A stretch of 64,000 nucleotides of DNA, taken from Flectonema sp. DT1601. Lineage: Eukaryota. The translations under genes and the position numbers were made by a program. Location: positions 558,001 through 622,000 of the forward strand of contig OZ025790.1 in assembly GCA_964019425.1 (NCBI GenBank), given 5' to 3'. This document shows, one piece after another, positions 58,642 through 64,000 of the stretch (its first letter is position 1; every line of letters starts with the position of its first letter). The notes below the pieces were generated by a model, which saw only the letters and a program-made list of their open reading frames with translations, was not told the origin of the DNA and ran no database searches.

Positions 58642-59784
58642 GGGGGGAATTCCCCGTTTGCGGGGAATTCCCCGTTGCCTACATAAAAAAAAGTTTTTTC
58701 TCCGTTGCCTGTCACCTTAACTTTTTTCCCCCGTCGCCACCCAAAAAGTTTTTTCGCTGCAACTCTTTTTTTTTTTCGCTTTTGTCTGCTAAACCTCCTT
58801 CCAGTGGGGCAGCAGGCAAGGGTGACACTTGTCAGGAGTGCACTCTCGCTAGGGAAGACATGTCCCAGAGTTGGTGTCGGAACACCGGCACGTTTATGGT
58901 TGGGAGGTGTATGTTTCCAGGCATTTGGTGGTAGGTAGGTAGGTGTTGAGTAGTTATTATCTGGAAACGTAGAGTAAAAAAACAAACAAACTATCAAGGG
59001 GACCTAGAACAGCAAGAAAAAAATGAGAATCCCTAAAAACCACCAAAATTTATTTTCAGCCACAAAGTTTCCATGAACACCCGCTCACCTTAAGCGCAAA
59101 CGGATGTTGAGAACGTTTGTACGGTGTTCGTCTGGCTTGACGAGATGAGCAAAGACAAGTACTCACGGAAAGGTTGGGTTGTTCGTCAGGTCTTGATAGT
59201 GTTCTCAGCCTCTGGAAGTTTTACTACGAGTGCATGCAAAGAACGGTATGTGTGCAGGGCTGGGTCACCTTACAGAGAACTGTTGTCCTCTTACACGTCA
59301 TTCCAACCGAATTTCAAAGTCAAGACACCTGCGAGTTACAGACAGCCTGGTCGCAAGCGACACTCCTGTTTCTGACCGGGTTATCAGGGTATCTAACTCA
59401 TGCAAGCATGAGAGCTTTTTTAAGGCTACCTTAAATTATCAAGAGCGCAGTACTGCCTGAAGGGTTCCCGCGTGTCAAGATGCATTTGCATGTACTGAGC
59501 AGAAGTTCCAAAAGGAAGATTACTTTTATCATTTCCCAAGTCATCACATCCTTAACCGTTTGTGTTATTAGCTTTCAATCAATCCATCAGATGAGTGTAT
59601 GGTATCTAACTAACCAGGTCGACAGGTGCACAAAAAAAAAAAAAAGAAAAAAAAAAGGGAAAAAGGTCAGGTGACACACAACAGCGAAAAAAAAAAAGAA
59701 AAAAAAACACAACGGAGAAAAATTCTTTTAGGTGGACTACAACGGAGAAAAATAAAGTTTTGGGGTAGCAACGGAAAATTTTCC
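58642..59784. mobile_element. Non-autonomous Mutator-like (MULE) element with a 9-bp TSD
   Basis: TAGAAAATT is duplicated at 58633-58641 and 59785-59793. The G-starting imperfect TIRs (GGGGAATTCCCCGTTGCCTAC vs reverse complement GGAAAATTTTCCGTTGCTAC) carry repeated TTTTTCTCCGTTG subterminal motifs. Confidence 0.82.
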
Positions 59785-61478
59785 TAGAAAATTAGACTCA
59801 TTTGCACCTTCAATTTACCAGCCCGCAAAGGGGATTGAACCGCATAACAATGCAGATGAACTGGTGAAAAGATGTTAAGACCAAGCCGGTGCCAACGACT
59901 ATGGACTTCTTCGCACATAAGTCAAGGATGAGGGAAGCCAACAGAAAACTGCCTGGCAAGATTATGGGGGGTTCTGCAAGGGCAAAACCACTGATCAAAC
60001 GGGTGATGCCCAGGCAATATCTCGAAGCTACGGTCGTTCTTTCAGTTTCTTTAGTTCAATTTCCTCATGAGTGTCATAGCTTCAATTTTGCTCTCTTTTG
60101 CTTTAATCTCTTGCACGTCTCGTCCAAGACCCCCATCTTTCTCGGAAGGAAACAAACAAGAAATAAAGAAGGAATAAGCGTTGTCATACGCAGCACGAAA
60201 CTGTTTGTTCTATTTGTCCCCTTTGTATTTTACTAAACCTCAGCAGTGTGTAGTCTCAAATCATGTTGTACGAATCTATATTACAATTAACTTTAAGTGA
60301 CTATTTTCACAAATAACTATTACCTATCACAGCGACAGAGGGAAGGGGGCCTGACTAAATTTTCTTTTCCTTCCTCTTGCTATTTTTCTTTTTTACTTTT
60401 TTTTTTTAAATTTTTATCACAAAAAGGAATAACAACATTCATTTATTCAACTCAACTGAGACATGCCGTTATGAAAACAATATCTTACTGTACGCTTAAA
60501 TATCACATTGTGAAGAAGCAACACACAACTAAGCAACTCTTTAACATCACCAGAGGCGCTGAAGTTCTAAATGTAACTACACTTAAACAGATCGAAAATC
60601 GTAAGCTGCTTCAGAATTCTTCCAAATTCCAAAAAAAAAAAAAAAAAATAATAATAATAATCGCAGAGGCGTCCAAATGTTACATTTATTCATTCAAAAT
60701 GATATTAAAAAGCGTCCCTGTCTCAGTGTTGTTCTTCACTCAATATTATCAAAAAAATAAAACCAACAAACCGAAGTTAAAACGCATGCAAGTTTCGGGC
60801 TCGTGCATCATTTTCTGCCTCAATGACTTTCTTCCGTGTTCTAAATGTGCAACACAACGACGAGGCGAAGACGAGTTGATGTGCACCATAAGAACCCAAA
60901 AGAAAATCACATCCGACAGAATTAAAATAATGGGCTCACCAAGAAACTTGCATACATTTTGCTTCAATAATTGGCTAATATTTATTTATTTTATTGTTTT
61001 TTTTTTCTCTTTTCTTTTTTTTCGTCAGTTTGGGTACAAAGTCTCGCACAGTTCAGTTTGCAAAAAAATACCTAAAAAGTCCTTAAGTAATAAGATCACT
61101 GCTGTTGAATTGAAAATAAAAAAAATAAATTAAATGTTGAAACTTGCAACTCGCTACCGAGATTTTTTTTGTTTTGCGGAAAAAAAAAAAAAAAGTTCCC
61201 CAATTGATATTACTTGTTTAAGGGTGAAGAAGGCCTAAGTGTTATCGACGGGTAATTTGATACTTTAGTTTTACTTGAAAAGTTGGGAGTATTGAGCTGG
61301 TGGTTACTTGAAGAAACCAATCCAATTATATTTAATATTTACAAAAGATAAACAAACGTCAGGTAGCCGTGTAATGTATTGCAATTGACGGCTGTTTTGT
61401 ATTTTAGTTACAAAGACCACAGTGTGCAGTTAGTTGATTTCTCTTGTACAACAAAAACATACGCAACCACTCGCTCTC

Positions 61479-63087
61479 TTATCCAACAGTGAGAGACACA
61501 CCACCTCCTGATCCTCCAGAAGGAGGAGCTGTTTTTATTATTTTTTTTTTGGTCAAGTTAGTGTTTCGAAGCAAGGAACAAAGGAAACATACCTCCTTCA
61601 CGATTACCCCTTGCGGGACTACCACCACCCAAGCCACCTCCTAGGGTGCTTGGGGAGCTTGAAACTTGCTGGCGTGGGGGTCCAGTTCTCTTATCATCAA
61701 TAAACTTTCCTTCGATACCTTTCGATTTTACAATCGATTCTAATGACTCGTAGGCTTGTCTGGTTGTGTCTGACATGTCGAGAGGGTTTCCTTTTAACGC
61801 AATTCTCTTGATCGCATTCAACTTACCCATAGCAGCTGGTAGAGCGCTAATCTTATTATCAACAAGGAACAAGTGGTTTAAAGGATCCTTTTTGTTTTCT
61901 AGACGATCGATATCATCCGGAATGCTTGTGATTTGATTTCCATTGAGTTCTAACACAATCAAGAAAGGTAAGTCCAAGAAGCAATCAGGAATACAGGTCA
62001 GCTGGTTATTTGGAATTTGAATCTTCTTTATCGAAGATAAAAGCGGCCAACCATTAAGGATTGAGGAGTCTGTCAGTTTGTTCTTCCCGGCAGCGAATGT
62101 GTGCAGACTTTGTTGGTCAAATAATGACTCGTGTAATGTGGTCATTTGATTCTCACTCAAGTTGACTTCCTCTAAATATTTGTGAACTCCAAGAACTGGC
62201 ATCTCCGACAACTGATTTCCGTTTAGTTGTAATTCGCGGAGGCTCGTAAGCGGGGCGAGCGATGGAAGACGAATTATTCTGTTCCAGAATAACGCAAGTC
62301 TTCTCAGCTTTTGCAACTCTGTGAACGCATCTGGTTTTATTGCCATGATCTTATTAGATGACATGTTCAATTCCGTCAGATTCTTCAAAGTTCCGATACT
62401 CGCCGGAGGTTTCAAGATCGAGTTGTTATAGAAGTTGAGATACGTTAGGTTCTCACATTTCGAAATTTCATCAGAAAGTTCTCCAACAAAGCTGCACTTG
62501 TAGGCATCGATCTTTTCCAGATTCTTGAGACTGGCACCAAATCCTTCTGGAAGTTCCTTAAACTTTGGGTTGTCAGAAATATTTAAGTATTTCAGATTCT
62601 GTAGCTGCATTATATCTTCAAGTCCTCCAATTTGATTGTCCTCAACACTCAGAGCAGTGACGGCTGACTGATTCTTAAGGTTGTGAGGGAGTTCCACGAG
62701 ATTCTTTTTGCCGATATCAAATTTTGTGACACCGTTTGCGAGAGCGCTATCAATAGCCCCAGGGAGATCACCGTGTTCTTCATTGATTTCCTCTAATCCT
62801 TCTGCTGGGTCATCTAATTCAGGCAACTCAGCTGGCAAGTCGTCTGCAGCTGCAGCTGCAGTTTCCGCTTGAACCGGAGGAGTGTCTTTGTCCTGCGCTG
62901 CTGGTTTTTCCCCAGATCCACCAGGCACCCCTCCATACTTCGACTCGTCAAGAGTCCCCAAGAATGACCTCAGCTCCGCTACTGGATTGGTTGGCCGCTT
63001 AGCCAGCAGATGTAACATCATGTCGTTGATTAACGCTGGAACATTACTTTCCTTTAGGAACGCTGCACTTTCGTCCAGATCAGTCAT
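61479..63087 (-). CDS. Leucine-rich-repeat protein with an N-terminal RIIa/Dpy-30-like docking domain; exons 63087-61593 and 61528-61479
   Basis: FLKESNVPALINDMMLHLLAKRPTNPVAELRSFL (D/D-like) and about 14 LxxLxLxxN repeats. A GTATG...AACAG intron (61592-61529) gives an in-frame Gly-rich tail ending LTVG*. Confidence 0.88.
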
Positions 63088-64000
63088 TTTTGTGGTGCTT
63101 GACAATAATAAAGTTAGACTTTCGCACAATAAATATAATCTCGTTCACCAACTTCATGACGACTCTCAACATCATCTGTGGAAGAAAAAAGAAAGAATTT
63201 CAGTTGTAAAAGTTGTTAATTAATAATCGCATCCAACGAATGAAACAACACGGGCTTCCTTTATTTCCGTTTTGAAATAAAGACACTGGACCTGTGACTG
63301 TTTCTAGGAAGGAGAAGGGGACACGACACGCAACACACTACTTGGGGTGGATTTTAAACACTAATATATATTTCCTCATTGGAGGTATTGATGAAAACGT
63401 TGCGCGTATAAACCGAATATTATTGAGTTCCGATATGAGATCTTCAAGTTCCTCTTTCGAAGTGTTTGTTCACTGGAGCGCATAGTAGGATATTCATCAC
63501 AAGAATTCTTACTCGAGTCAATGCCCAAGTTTGCTCTCAGACCTTCAAGACCTACGAGTACACGCGCACACAACAAAGTTTACAAAGTGTGCGAATATCA
63601 AATGGCTAACAAATTATTGCGTAAGATGTTCGTAATTCCTAAAGGCTAATCGCTGCGGGGCTGAATGGCAGCGACTCCCTTCCCTTTTTGTTGTTGAAAA
63701 AGGGAACAGATGAGAGAAAATGAGGTAGCGGTAGTTGTTGTAGCGAATCACCAGTTTTAGTATTTGAAGGCAATCTCACTACCCTGGGATCCACTCTGTG
63801 TTTGTTTTGTTAGTGTAACTGGCTATGTTAGGAAAAAAAGTAATAAATAAAAACAAACCTTTCTGGCACTCGCAAGTTCGTTCTTGTATTCCTGCAGTCT
63901 ATCTCTGGAAAGGGTTCTGTTTGACTTTGGGTCCGAGAAGTCGAAGTCCTGTGCTACCAATGCAGGTGGTTGGCAAGTGAGGGCTGAGTTGCGGTGGGCG

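Noticed and set aside
1..64000. CRISPR arrays, rRNA genes or prokaryotic operons
   Set aside because: No repeat-spacer arrays or rRNA-like sequence were seen; the introns and SL indicate a eukaryotic nuclear locus.

Overview
Eukaryotic nuclear DNA, most likely a diplonemid (Euglenozoa). The evidence is a diplonemid-type spliced-leader (SL) sequence at 45055-45087, unidirectional gene clustering and short GT-AG introns. From 2.1 to 44.6 kb all protein genes are on the + strand: adenylosuccinate lyase, an EF-hand/cyclic-nucleotide-gated channel, an actin-related protein, two tandem receptor tyrosine-kinase-like genes, an IQ/ankyrin protein, ubiquilin, PTRHD1, a URB2-like protein, a 2088-aa coiled-coil/beta-repeat protein and several hypotheticals. 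A decayed pogo-like transposon interrupts the cluster. The cluster ends at a tRNA-Ser(AGA) on the - strand. Starting 33 bp upstream of that tRNA is a head-to-tail stack of three poly(A)-tailed, RNase H-containing non-LTR retrotransposons from two families, ordered from least to most decayed moving away from the tRNA. The first copy is capped by a reverse-transcribed SL plus an mRNA 5' end. The second has a long 5'-3' complementary 'panhandle' enclosing its ORF. A Mutator-like element with a 9-bp TSD follows, and then a - strand LRR gene, so this is a convergent strand-switch region. All calls are by eye from motifs; no searches were run.
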